A stretch of 64,000 bases of DNA. Source: Bilabrum cf. latius (Eukaryota). Numbering within the stretch: the stretch's first letter is position 1; each line of letters opens with the position of its first letter. The stretch covers positions 1,116,001-1,180,000 of the forward strand of contig OZ237740.1 of NCBI GenBank assembly GCA_965178125.1, given 5' to 3'. The position numbers were made by a program, and so were the translations under genes. Below, one piece after another: positions 1-10,565 of this stretch. A model generated the notes under the pieces. The model did not search any database. It was not told the origin of the DNA and saw only the letters and a program-made list of their open reading frames with translations.

Positions 1-1707
1 TGTAAGAAGTACGGCCTCCCGAACGAAGTGTCTGCGACGACGCACTGGACGGGTCTTTCAAGCCGGGGGTAGGCCGGCAACTGCAGCGCGTGGGCTCCCT
101 GGTCCGAGCCCAGGATCCACTTCACGTCAAAGTGCTTGCAGCAGGGTGGCTGGCACGATATCGCGGCATCCATCTCGATCGATGCTGCGCACGAGCCGGG
201 TGCTTATGCCGGCCTCCGGCACCACGTGTTTCAAGGGTGTCCGCTCGCTGGAGGCTGGCACCACGCCTCCTCGAACGACTTTGTCCACTGGCAGGACCAA
301 GGCATGGCCGTGACCGAGTGGCCTGAGCCATGGGGAGAGTCGTCACCCTGCAGCGGGTTTGCCGCCCTGTTTCCCAGCTGGCAGCCGGGGCGGCCCAAGA
401 CATAGATTTGCGCGGGGTACCGTCAGTGCTAGAGCAAGCGTGGTATCGGGCCCAACCCATGGAACGTTCCCCTCGAGGTTCGCTGCACAGAAGGAAGCGA
501 GCCCGGGGGGAACACGTCATGGGGCGCGCCGGAATACCTCTTCGACGTCTTCTTCAACCGTGCACTCCCTTACGACCCGGTGCGGCCTTGGGTGGACGAG
601 GATGGGAGATGGTACACGGCTATCTCCATGGATGGCTGCAACGGGACCGCGCGCGGTGATTGCGCAAGCAAAGGGGGCCGCATGGTACTGTGGTCCGCAA
701 CGGTACCCAGGGGTCCAGCAGCTGACTGGGCACTGGTTGGCACGCTCTTCGAGTCGAACAAGACCGTGCTCACTCCCAAGGGGGAGGGGACCGTCCTGGA
801 CAAGGAGTTCGTGACTTCCAACTATTTCGGTGCCGTGCCCGGGGACCCGCTCGGTGGTCGCACTCGTGTGTTTACGAATAATGTGGGCGGGTTGGGCTGC
901 TGCAGTGGCACAACAGGGTATTTTTTGGGCACGCAGTCTGGCCCGGGCGCCCAGCTGCTGGTGAACGAGTCCTCGCCGCACCACATGGGCATGCTGGACT
1001 GGGCCGCGTTCCTACCTGATCAAGCCGCCATCGCGAAAGGAGCCAAGGGAGCAATGGCCCTGCTTGGCACTGGCACCCGCGGCTTCAGCATGGCCAGGAC
1101 GCTGGGCAGCCCCGACGCCGACCAGGTCCTGCACCCTGGGCGACGAGTCGTCGTGGGGTGGCTTGGCATGACGCCGGCCATGCAAAGTCTGCCCAGGGAC
1201 ATTTCGCTCTCGTCGGAAGGAGAGCTGCTGCAGGCATTCGTGCCTGAGCTCGTGACCCTGAGGAAGCAGGCAGAGCCAGATCCAGGACGTGGTGCGGGAG
1301 GAGCACTGGCGCTGTCCGAAGATGATGTGCTCGGCCAGGGCCTGCAGATGGAGCTGGTTGTGGACGTGCTGCCTGCGACAGCTAATGAGACAATGGGAAT
1401 CGTGGTGCAAGAAGACCCGACCAAGGAAGGAGCCAGCGGTGTCAAGATCCTAGTAGATCCCAAGACTGAGCTCCTTCACGTCCTCGACCGTGCCGGACCC
1501 CTGCCCCCGGCAGGCGGCAGTGGGGCTGCGGGATGGCGCCTGCACGTCTTCGTGGACGGCAGCTCGATCGAAGTCATATGCAACAACCGCACTGCCCTTG
1601 CGGTGCAGGTTCCTGCCCGCGAGGGGTGCATGGAGTGCAACCAGGCGCGGCTGCTCAAGGGCACCAAGGTGGCCAGCGCGGTGGCGTGGCCCCTCGATCC
1701 GATCTGA
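1..1707 (+). CDS. Glycoside hydrolase family 32-like (beta-fructofuranosidase-like), 5' end outside the window
   Basis: Frame 1 is open from base 1 to TGA 1705-1707 except for TAG at 70, 403 and 430. Motifs IHF..GWHDIA, WHHASSNDFVHW, PCSG, YDP, SLPRDISL and LHVFVDGSSIEV match the GH32 propeller plus beta-sandwich. Confidence 0.8.
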
Positions 1708-1874
1708 GGGACACCGGTGTGCGTCACTGCCGGGCTGCACAAGCAGCGCATGATTGCTGAATACTGATGATGAAAACTCAAATTGGACAGAACTAGATTG
1801 TGCCTGCAAAGCAAAGGAAGGGCTTACACACATTGTGGACCCGCCACGGAGCAGCTCGGCCTTGCTAGCGTTGC

Positions 1875-4844
1875 TCAGCTTTCCTGCGGGTCCGGCTTAG
1901 CTTCGGTCGCAGCCGCTGGCCCTTGCTGTCTCTGGGCCAGCACGCCTGCCAACCCGCCCGCGCTCGCACGAGCACCCCAAGCCCCGCCAGGCTTCGCGAC
2001 CGGTGCTTGCGCCTACGCCTGCTAGGCACCGGGTGGAGCCAACGATGCTCCGCCGCTAGGCTGCGCCGAGGCCGCTGCTGGCCCGCCCGCGCCAGCTCCC
2101 GATGCGGGCATCGTTGGCTCGGCCGGTTCCGCCAATCGGGTGCCGGGCATGGGCCCTCTGGCCCTGCCCGCGCCCGCGCCCGTGCCTGCTCCTGTCTTGG
2201 CCATGGCTTCCTCCGAAGCGCGCGGTGCGGCCGCCGCCTCCTCGGCAGCCTCCTCTTCCTCCCGGTCCAGCTCGGCTGCGAATGCAGCGGCATCCTCCCT
2301 GCGCCTGGCCTCCTCTTCTTCCTTCTCCACCGCGATGGCAGCGGCCAGGGCCTCCTTCAGCCTCTTCGTGACCGGGTCCTCGGGCCCTCCGACCGCAGCC
2401 GCGATGCCCTCATTGTTCGCCGCGCTCTCCTCGACCTCCGACTCGTCGTCGTCCTCCTCGGGGCCCAGCCCCTCCCCGTCGTCGTCGCGAGGGTACTCGA
2501 CCTCCCCGTCGTCATCCTCCTCCCAAGCAGATGTAGACCCACCCGCCGCGCGGCGGAAGGCCAGCTGCGCGCTGCGGGAGCGGAACACGGATCCCACGCT
2601 GGCATCCGTCACAAGAGAGGTCAGCTCCTCTTCGGGCAGGCAGCGCACGCCCTACCGCACAAAAAATGCCGTCACGTTGTGCACGTCCTTGGCCAGGTAT
2701 TCGTCAGCCTTGGGATGGTTCGTCTCCACCGCCTGCCCCACGTCGATCACCCAGACCCGCCCGTGTCCCCGCGCGTCCCACAGCAGGTTGTACTCTGACA
2801 GATCGGCGTGGACCATGCGGCAGCAGTTGTACATGCCGTGCATGATGGAAACCACCTGCGCGTAGCACCTCCGCCAGTCACGCTGCGATTCGAGAGACGC
2901 TGTCTTCAGCTGAGGGCACGCCTCGCCGGCTTGGCCCACAAAGTCCATCACCAGCACGTGCTGCCGAAGCATGCGGGGGCGCGGGCACGGCAGGCCGGCG
3001 CAGTAGAACCGCACCAGGTTTCGGAACTCCATCTTGGCCCACTCTCGGATGAATTTGTGGGTGTTGTGCCGGTTGAGGCGCGCCCTTCGAAGCCGCTGCT
3101 GGCCGTCGAGGTAGGCACCTCGGTTCGAGAATTCGCTGAGTGACGTGCGGTAGATCTTGATCGCCACCTCGCCGTGCCACTCGGGGGCCCAGTCCTCCGT
3201 GTCCGCGTCGTCTTCGCCCTCCCCGGACCACCGCTGCGAGTCTGCGATCGCGACACCAGAGCCGCCCCCAGCGGAACCTGCTGCGGTCTGGCCTCTCGCA
3301 GCGACGGAGGGGCCCGGCAAAACGGCATCGCCCGCGCCCGCGCGCCGCTGCAGCGCCCGAGTGGCTGGCAGCTCGGGAGGCACGGCCTTCTGCATGGCAT
3401 CCGAGCCCGGCAGTGCCAGCATGGCCTCGATCTGGCGGTCCGCCGCGCCATCGTCGTCCTCAATGCTCGCGCTCGCGGCATCGCCAGAGAGGCTGCTGCC
3501 GCCTGATACGGAGGGCCTGTCTGCAGGTCCCGCGACGCTCACGGCCCCGGGTCCCACCAGAGTCCCGTCTCCCGTGGACCAGACCCCAGGGGCGTCCTCC
3601 CATCCGCTCGCGTGGAACACGGCGGCCTCCTTGCCCGTCTTGATGACGCCGTGCACGCCTGCCAGTGCCCCCGCGTTCACGAGCTTGAACAGCACCAGGC
3701 GCGTGCGATCGTCCAGCACTCCCTCGCGAGTGGCGTGCTGCGACTTCTCCACCCTGCCTGACCGAGACTGCCCCTTGACCGTCTTCTTGTCGAATGCACG
3801 CCGCAGCCCCTGCGTGACGGAGGACCTCAGCCTCAGCTTGCCCCCGGAGGCACCCTTCACCTCCGCGAGGTCCCCCGTGAGATGCCAGTACTTGCGCTCC
3901 AGCTCGTGCACGTTGTGCCTCCCCTGGATCTTCTCGTCGTGCTTGGCCGCGGTCCCCTTGGCCATGTGGTACTCTAGCTCGTCCCTGAGTCTCTCCGCCT
4001 CTGCGCTCTTCCCCTGACTCTCTAGCAGCCGGATGATGGCCTGCGGATTGCCCGATTGCGCGTCTGCGATCAGCTTCTTGGCGGTGCGGTCCGCCGCTGC
4101 CATGGCCTCGGCGTCCGTGCTGGCCTCCACGAAGCCGCTGCGGACGAGCACACGAGCCAACTCACGCCGGCGATCGGCTGCCTCGTCGGCCAGTGCCCGC
4201 TCCCAGTCCTCTGCGGCGTATACCCGACGCCCCGAGTCACCCCCGCTCTCGGGAGCCAGCGGGTCCTTGAATCCGAATTGCATGCCGGCAGGCACCCTGG
4301 CAGCGGGCGCGCGCGACGAGACCAGCCTGACCTTGCCCTAGCCGGTCTGCAGGGCGCGCGCCGCTGCTGCGCTCCCCGGAGGAGGTGCTCGTAGAGGACC
4401 AGCCGCACGCGCAGCGGCCTCCTCCTCCTCCTGCAAAGCTCGCGCCAGCGCCAGGTCGTCCGTATACTGCTGCTGCGCGCCGGACTGTTCGCCATCTACG
4501 GAGGTTGGCGCAGCGTCAGATCCAGACTGCCCCGCTGCGGGCTCATCACGCAGCATTGTTTCCCCTGCTGCATCAGTCTAGGACTGTGGGGGTTCCGGCA
4601 AGTCCTCAAGGCCGGCGTCCAGCGCTGCTTGAAGTCGCAATGCGTACGCCACGTCCGGATCCACGTCTGGCTGTCCTGACATGTTTTTGCCAGTCCCGTC
4701 AGATTGAGAGGGGTGTGTTGCATCGTCAAGTGCAGACGCACGAGCTTCGGCAAGGTGAGCGGCTTGAAGTTCCAGCCTCTCGCGTTCTTCTCTTTCCTCC
4801 TTCTCTAGCTTCGCGGCAAGCAACTAATCTGCAAAGCTTGCCAT
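1875..4844 (-). CDS. RIO-family atypical kinase, RIOK3-like (~989 aa)
   Basis: ATG 4844 to TGA 1875-1877 in one frame, with TAG at 4824, 4578, 4338, 2652, 2022 and 2013. Motifs IKTGKEAAVFHA, VAIKIY, VHADLSEYNLL and IDVGQAV. N-terminal D.ALA..LQ motifs and KHDEKIQGRHN resemble RIOK3. Confidence 0.88.
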
Positions 4845-6532
4845 CGTTTCGATACAAACGCTCAAGCTTCGATCGGCTACTCTCTGATTGCTTCTTTTCT
4901 TGGCCTTACACTCAGCAAATACTGGCCACCAGAGGCGAATTGTGGTCAAGATGGATGTGGAAACTTCGGGCGAACGTAATTCCGGTTTGCACGTCATGAG
5001 AACGCTGCCACTCAGCGCGTTCCTGGAGCGGAACTAGCGGCCAGCAAAACGAATCATCGCTAGTGGCAGCAAGATTTCAATCAAGCAACAACGTTAAGCT
5101 CGCATCGATCAGCTCGTTACCCGGAAAAAGTACGTCTCGTTGCCCGGCAGGTCCGGGACCACGAAGCCGCCCGCTCGCTTGCCGGAACCCGCGGGGGGCA
5201 GCTGGTGCGTGGCCCTAAGACCATCCCAGCCGTGCACCTCCACCTTGGTGGTGCACGCCGGCAGCCTGCCCCCGGGAATCTTGAAGGAGGTCAGCGGCCT
5301 CACCGTGGTCCATGCCTCCAGCGCCTGCCACACGATCGTGAACTGGCACGGCTGCGCCGCGTACAGCCTGTCGCCGGGCAGCCCAGCCCTCGCGGTAAGT
5401 TCTCCATCCATCGATGCGTTCCTCGCGCAGACTGGCGCCTGCGGCATGAAGATGTGCGTGTTAGTGCGCCTGGGCTCATTTACCACCCACTGCTGCTGCA
5501 GCACAGGTGCAGCCGGCGGACCCACCGCGCTGCTCCCTTTGATCTTGTTCCCTGGGCTGTCCTCCAGCTCGGCCCCACCCGCCAGCGGCTGCAAATCCAC
5601 TTTGGTGCATCCGGCCTCTGCCAGCAGACGCGCCGCCGTGTCGCCATCGATCCGTCGACCGAGGCTGTCAGCCCACGCCACAGTACCCGCGCCCTCACCC
5701 TCGCCCTCGCCCTCGCCCTCGCCCTCGCCCTCGCCCTCGGCCCTGGCCCCGGCCCCATGGACCGCACCCATCCCATCGGAAAACCCAGAGCCAGTCAATG
5801 GAGACACCGGCACGGGCTTGGTCATGTTCAAGGCCCTCCAGAACACCTCCCCCTTCATGGACGGTCGGTACGGGGCGTCGCTCATGGCCATCCCAAACTC
5901 GGGGTCCTCGTCAACCGTGTGGAAGAGGTTCCAAGGCATGCTCATGCGAACTGCACTCGTGCAGATTGTGTTCCCTGGCGCACCGCTGAGCACCCCCTGC
6001 CCCACCTGGTCGCTGCACGTGCCGGGTGCCTCGTGCACCACGGTCCACTGGTCCACGATGGCCGTCAGGAGGCCGCGGGAGGCGTACTCGCGGGTCACGT
6101 TGCGCACCTTGAATCCAAATTCAGTGGTGAACAGCTGCAGGGGCACGTCTTCCAGCCCGCACCGGGAGCGCATCTGGTCGAAGCGGTACTGCATGCTGTT
6201 GTCTCTCGTGCCGAACAGGGGCTCGTATTGGACGTCGAACTCCGTGTGCATGTCAATCCCGTTGAGCAGCCCTGCCTTCCACATGTCGGCCACGCCGTGG
6301 CAAAGGCCAAGCATGGTGTAGTTGCCCCCTGCCTTGGCGTTCATGAACCCGCCGGGGTTCACCACACACGATGCCTGCGCGCCGATCTCGCCGCAGCCCA
6401 TCCTGACACCCAGCGCGAACCCCTGCAGGCTGTCGTAGTAGAGCTGTGGGCCTGCGGTTGAGTTCGGTCCGAAGTCGCCGTTGTTGTCAGGTTCGTTGAA
6501 TGCGGTGAACAAACGCACCCCGAAGGCAGGAT

Positions 6533-6556
6533 CCGTCTATCCGGAATCTGTCCACA
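6533..6556 (+). repeat. Left terminal inverted repeat
   Basis: ccgtctatccggaatctgtccaca matches the reverse complement of 9257-9280 at 18 of 24 positions. Confidence 0.85.
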
Positions 6557-6600
6557 CCGGGACATCTGTCCACACATTTCTCTCGGCCCTTCCTGCCCCC

Positions 6601-8964
6601 ATGTCGGGGGCAGCGGCAAGTGGAAGCAGCGAATCTGATAGTAAAACTTCACATCTATCAGAATCTCTGTACTAGCGGCTTAAGGACGATGTTCGTGCCG
6701 TCGGTTTTCTGCTTGCAAAAGGGGACGGCAGGGTCCCGGAGGAAAGCGCCCACACACGCTGGCTGCTAACACCTGTGAAGGTGTGGCAGCTTCACCTATA
6801 CCTTGAAAAACATAAAGCAAGGTTCAGGCCGCGGAAGAAGAAGCAAGCATGGTCACAAGCCGCTGCAATGACCGAGGGCGTCGCATCTGGGAACATCGGG
6901 TACAAGACGGTTGCGGCCGCCTAGAAGGCGTGGCGGCGCGAGATGATGCTACAGGAGCAGCCCTAGAAGCGGAAACTGAAGTCGTGTCTACCTGAGCGCC
7001 TTGAATTAGCGCTGGCGGAGCTAGTTCGGAGCAGAGCGAGGGAAAACATGCCGATGACCGATGACCAGGTGTTCCACTTTGCTACCTGTCTCCGTCGAAC
7101 GTACTTGCCCAAGCGCCTGAGGAAGGGCAGGCGCCCCAACAAAGAGTGGGTAAATGACTACATGAAGCGTAGAGAGCTGCATTCGTTGACTCCGGAGGAC
7201 AAATCCATCGATAGGAGCGCAGCGGAGTCCGCCCACGTCCTGATCAACTGGTTCATCGCCTTCGCTTCCATCCTCGGTATGTCGATTGACAAGTCCACCG
7301 GGAAGGCCATTGGTGAGCTGAAGAAGTATCATCCTAGTATGATTGCCAATGCGGATGAGACTGTCGTTTTAGTCGAATCCCCGCCTGGCTAGAACAAGTT
7401 TCGTGACCTCAAGGTGGTCGTCGACTCGAGCGACGACAGGGCCACCCTTCGCCGTTCGCGGTTCGCCAAGACCAACGTGGCCTACATCCCTTTCGTCACT
7501 GTAGACGGATTGGTAGCTGATGTAGTTATCTTTAAGTATGACGGCAAGGGAACGCACGATGAAGGATTTCGCTTGGAGAACGACCGGTTGAAGTAGATGC
7601 TCAAGGACCTGCCGAAGGAGCCCACCGACGAGCAGGTGCAGAAGGTGCTTGACTGCCAGGCCGTGGCACAGTGGGTGGCTTACCCGAGCCCCACGCAGCT
7701 TCTATTCGTGACAGACGTCCCTGAGGAGTTCAAGGAGGTCGTAACGACCAAGCGCACGAGCCTTGTCGCCACTCCCACGGGGTACAGCAACGCCACCACC
7801 TTCGGCGGGGGGGTGCGCCTGCTGGCCGACCACTTCGATACCGTGCGCACAAAGGAGAAACTAGGCAAGGATGCAAGGGGTCTACTGATCGTAGACGGGC
7901 ATACAACCCACCATACGGCAGCACTGAAGGCGCTGTGTGCGTAGAGGAACATCGACCTGGTCTTCCTCCCCCCCAACACCACCCACTTCATGCAGCCCCT
8001 GGACGTCGCATGCATGGCGTCCTTCAAGCGCGTGTTCGCCGCCGACAAGCCGTACTTTGGCGAGTTTATTGCAAGCCGGTACCGTATTGAGGAGTAGAAG
8101 GCCAAGACCATATCGACGAAGGAGCACTTGAAAGCAGCCGGGCTGGCGAAGAACTACGGGGAGGAGTACATCCTGCCGATGCTGATGTCGGCGTCCAGGC
8201 AGGCGTTCACAGCCAAGAACGCAACCAGTGGGTTCAGGAAGTGCGGCTTGCTTCCACTTGACCCGGTCTCGGTGATGAAGGGGCTCAAGATGAAGTATGA
8301 AGTGATCAAGGCGGCGCTAGCTGGGTTGGTGGAGGAGGGGGGGGAGGGGGCTGCCAGTGGGGCGGGTGCTGACGACCTCGAGCCCGGGGGTGCCATCGCT
8401 CTGGTGTGCATCATGTTGGGGATTGACAAGCCCCCTCCTTTGTGGCGAGATGCGCCAGCGCATGCAACGTGCACCCTTGAGTAGGTTACGGATGCTTTGG
8501 TGAAGTATGGGGAGAGGCTGAATGCGGACCAGGCCCGTGACATGCTTGTGGATCGGCGGCCTGGCATGGCCGGTACTGTTGATATGATCGCCTTGCACAT
8601 CGCCAAGGTGAGAGAGAGTGGTGACAGGGCCGAGCTAGCTGAGAAGGGTACTAGGAAGCCTCGGACAAAGACGCAGCTCTCGCGCAGGCTGGCTGGTGTG
8701 GGAGGGACGGCAGAAGAGGCTCGGGCGGCGACGCTTGAGGCTGCTTCGAACAAGCGGAAGAGGGCGGAGGAGGGGGGAGCTGGGGGGAGGAAGAAGCGGC
8801 CCAAGTCGCCCAAGAAGAAACGTAGGGTGGAGAAAGGCAAGAAGGGTCAAGAACGTGCGGGTGGAGGAGGAGAGCGTGCGAAGGCGGAAGCCATGCCCTC
8901 GGCAGCTCCTGGGGGGCGGACGCGATCACGAAAGAATGTGAAGAAGCCAAGCAGATATAATTAA
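6601..8964 (+). CDS. DDE_1/pogo-type transposase, DD35D, 787 aa
   Basis: One frame from ATG 6601 to TAA 8962-8964, with 8 TAGs (6673, 6922, 6964, 7390, 7594, 7942, 8095, 8482). Triad motifs NADET, LLIVDGHTTH and FLPPNTTHFMQPLDV, plus SGFRKCGLLPLDP and a basic NLS-like tail. Confidence 0.92.
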
Positions 8965-9256
8965 GCCTATTTACTTTTCACTAGTGAAATATCAGCCTGT
9001 ACGGTGCCATAGAGACGAAGATATCACCTGTCCAAAAAGTGTGGACACATTGCCGGAGTTGGACAGATTTCTAGGAATCCGCTGTACCCCGAACTCCCGC
9101 CGTCCATAGCTTATGAGCTAATCGTCACCATCGAGATGCAAAAGTATCGCTGGAAAGCGCTTCCGGAGCTCTATCGGCTGAAAAAGGATTCGCCAGCTGC
9201 GGGCGGTTCTGTGAGAAGGTTCGGCGGCTTGTAGTCCCGGTTTGGGGCGGATTTTC

Positions 9257-9280
9257 TGTGGACATTTCCCCGATCAACGG
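9257..9280 (-). repeat. Right terminal inverted repeat
   Basis: Reverse complement reads ccgttgatcggggaaatgtccaca. Confidence 0.85.
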
Positions 9281-10565
9281 ATCCGAGATGCCGCGCTGCT
9301 TGGCCAGCGTTCCACCAGGACCAAGGTGCACGGCAAGATCGTGACCAAGCTTCTACCATTCCGATTGAGTACCGATTCCAAATTTATCGATGAATTTTGA
9401 GTAGAACTCTACGAGGAGCATAAGATTCTTGACCCCATGTTTTTCCCATGCCTCCACATAAAGATCTGCAGAGAAGGGCGAGCAGCAGAAGCAATCAGTT
9501 CAGTATCCCAAGCCATGCAGATGCTTAGTTTCAATTGATTATGCGATACCTTACCGTCCATGGCCGAAACATTGAACTAAGTCCAATCCTTTGGCTTCAA
9601 AAGATACGTCCCAGGGCGGATGTTGACCCTGCCTGCGGTTGACCCTACTTGACTCAAAATTTGAAGTTGCTCTGTGTGGAGCTCCGAAACTGCGCCCTCA
9701 TCAAAATTTCCAGAGCCTGTTGCAAGACCAAGGCGCTCCGCAACTGGCGGCCATCGGGGTGGTTGCGCTTGGCTGCTGCCCACGATTGCAGTCGCGCACA
9801 ACGCAATTGCACAGAGCCTGCTGGATAGCATGCGTGTTATTGTTTGCTATTGCAGATCCAAGCTTCCAGAACTAGTTTGGAATGCAACTCAGGAACGCCG
9901 CCCGATGGCCGATGGATCCTATTGCGACTCCGGGCGGCCATGGATCGCAAAACAACAACCACTGGGCCACTGGCATGCTGCCAACACTACCTGTGACGAC
10001 TGCTGTGAGTGTAAAGCTGTGGCAACCCTCCGGTCTGACATACTGCACCAGCTCTGCCGAGCGCTCGGCTCTTTTGTGACCAAACTGCCGCAGCTCTGCT
10101 GCTGCCGCTTCATCCACCACGCTAGACTAGCGCATCTCCGGTGCGTCTGCCCGAGCCATGCTACCTGCGACTACCACCGGTGCATGGGCCACGACCCGTG
10201 TGACGGCTTGGTCTGTGAGGTCTTCTTTCGGCTGGACCACGCTCCCAGCGATACTGCACTCTACCTGACCGCGCGCTGGCTCGCATGTTGTCGATTCCCG
10301 GCTTGGGAGTCGTCACACGGCGCGCTTGGACCTACCGGTACATACACGTGCTGTTACACCTATGATGTGTCATGTTACAGACCGATCACCACGGCAGAGC
10401 CAGCATAGCCCACACAGCCGTGCAGGACGGTCCTGGCGGGACCTCTAACCTATATGCACGTTACAATCACTTTCTGTATTCGAGCATATCGTCAACTACC
10501 GCCCTTCCGGGCAGGTTGGTGGGTCATTTCGTCCGTTTGCTGACCTTCCTACCTATTTGAGTCTA

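Larger units (their letters stand above)
6533..9280 (+). mobile_element. pogo/Fot1/Tc2-like DNA transposon, 2748 bp
   Basis: CCGT...ACGG ends, 24-bp imperfect terminal inverted repeats, AT on both flanks (6531-6532, 9281-9282), one transposase ORF. Excision restores the host reading frame. Confidence 0.9.
5109..9831 (-). pseudogene. Secreted clan GH-A glycoside hydrolase (GH5/GH39-like) interrupted by a transposon
   Basis: Signal peptide from ATG 9831, intron 9466-9554 (GTAAG..CTGCAG), TAG at 9577 and 9353. Removing 6533-9282 restores the frame (..RGISD-PAFGVRLFTAFNEPD). NEP acid/base and TEFG nucleophile motifs are present. Stop is TGA 5109-5111. Confidence 0.75.

Noticed and set aside
9039-9086. 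Alternative right end at ...gctg|ta with a TA duplication
   Set aside because: There is no matching TA-CAG left end, and only the 9280 boundary restores the host reading frame.
6533-9280. Transposon removed as an intron from the host GH gene
   Set aside because: Using the GT in the right terminus with the nearest AG acceptors leaves 8, 19 or 37 extra nt, all out of frame. The donor is also non-consensus.
9832-10565. Possible gene between the GH and MON2 starts (track ORFs 9674-10408, 9872-10120)
   Set aside because: No recognisable motif or convincing frame even with TAG read-through. Treated as intergenic.
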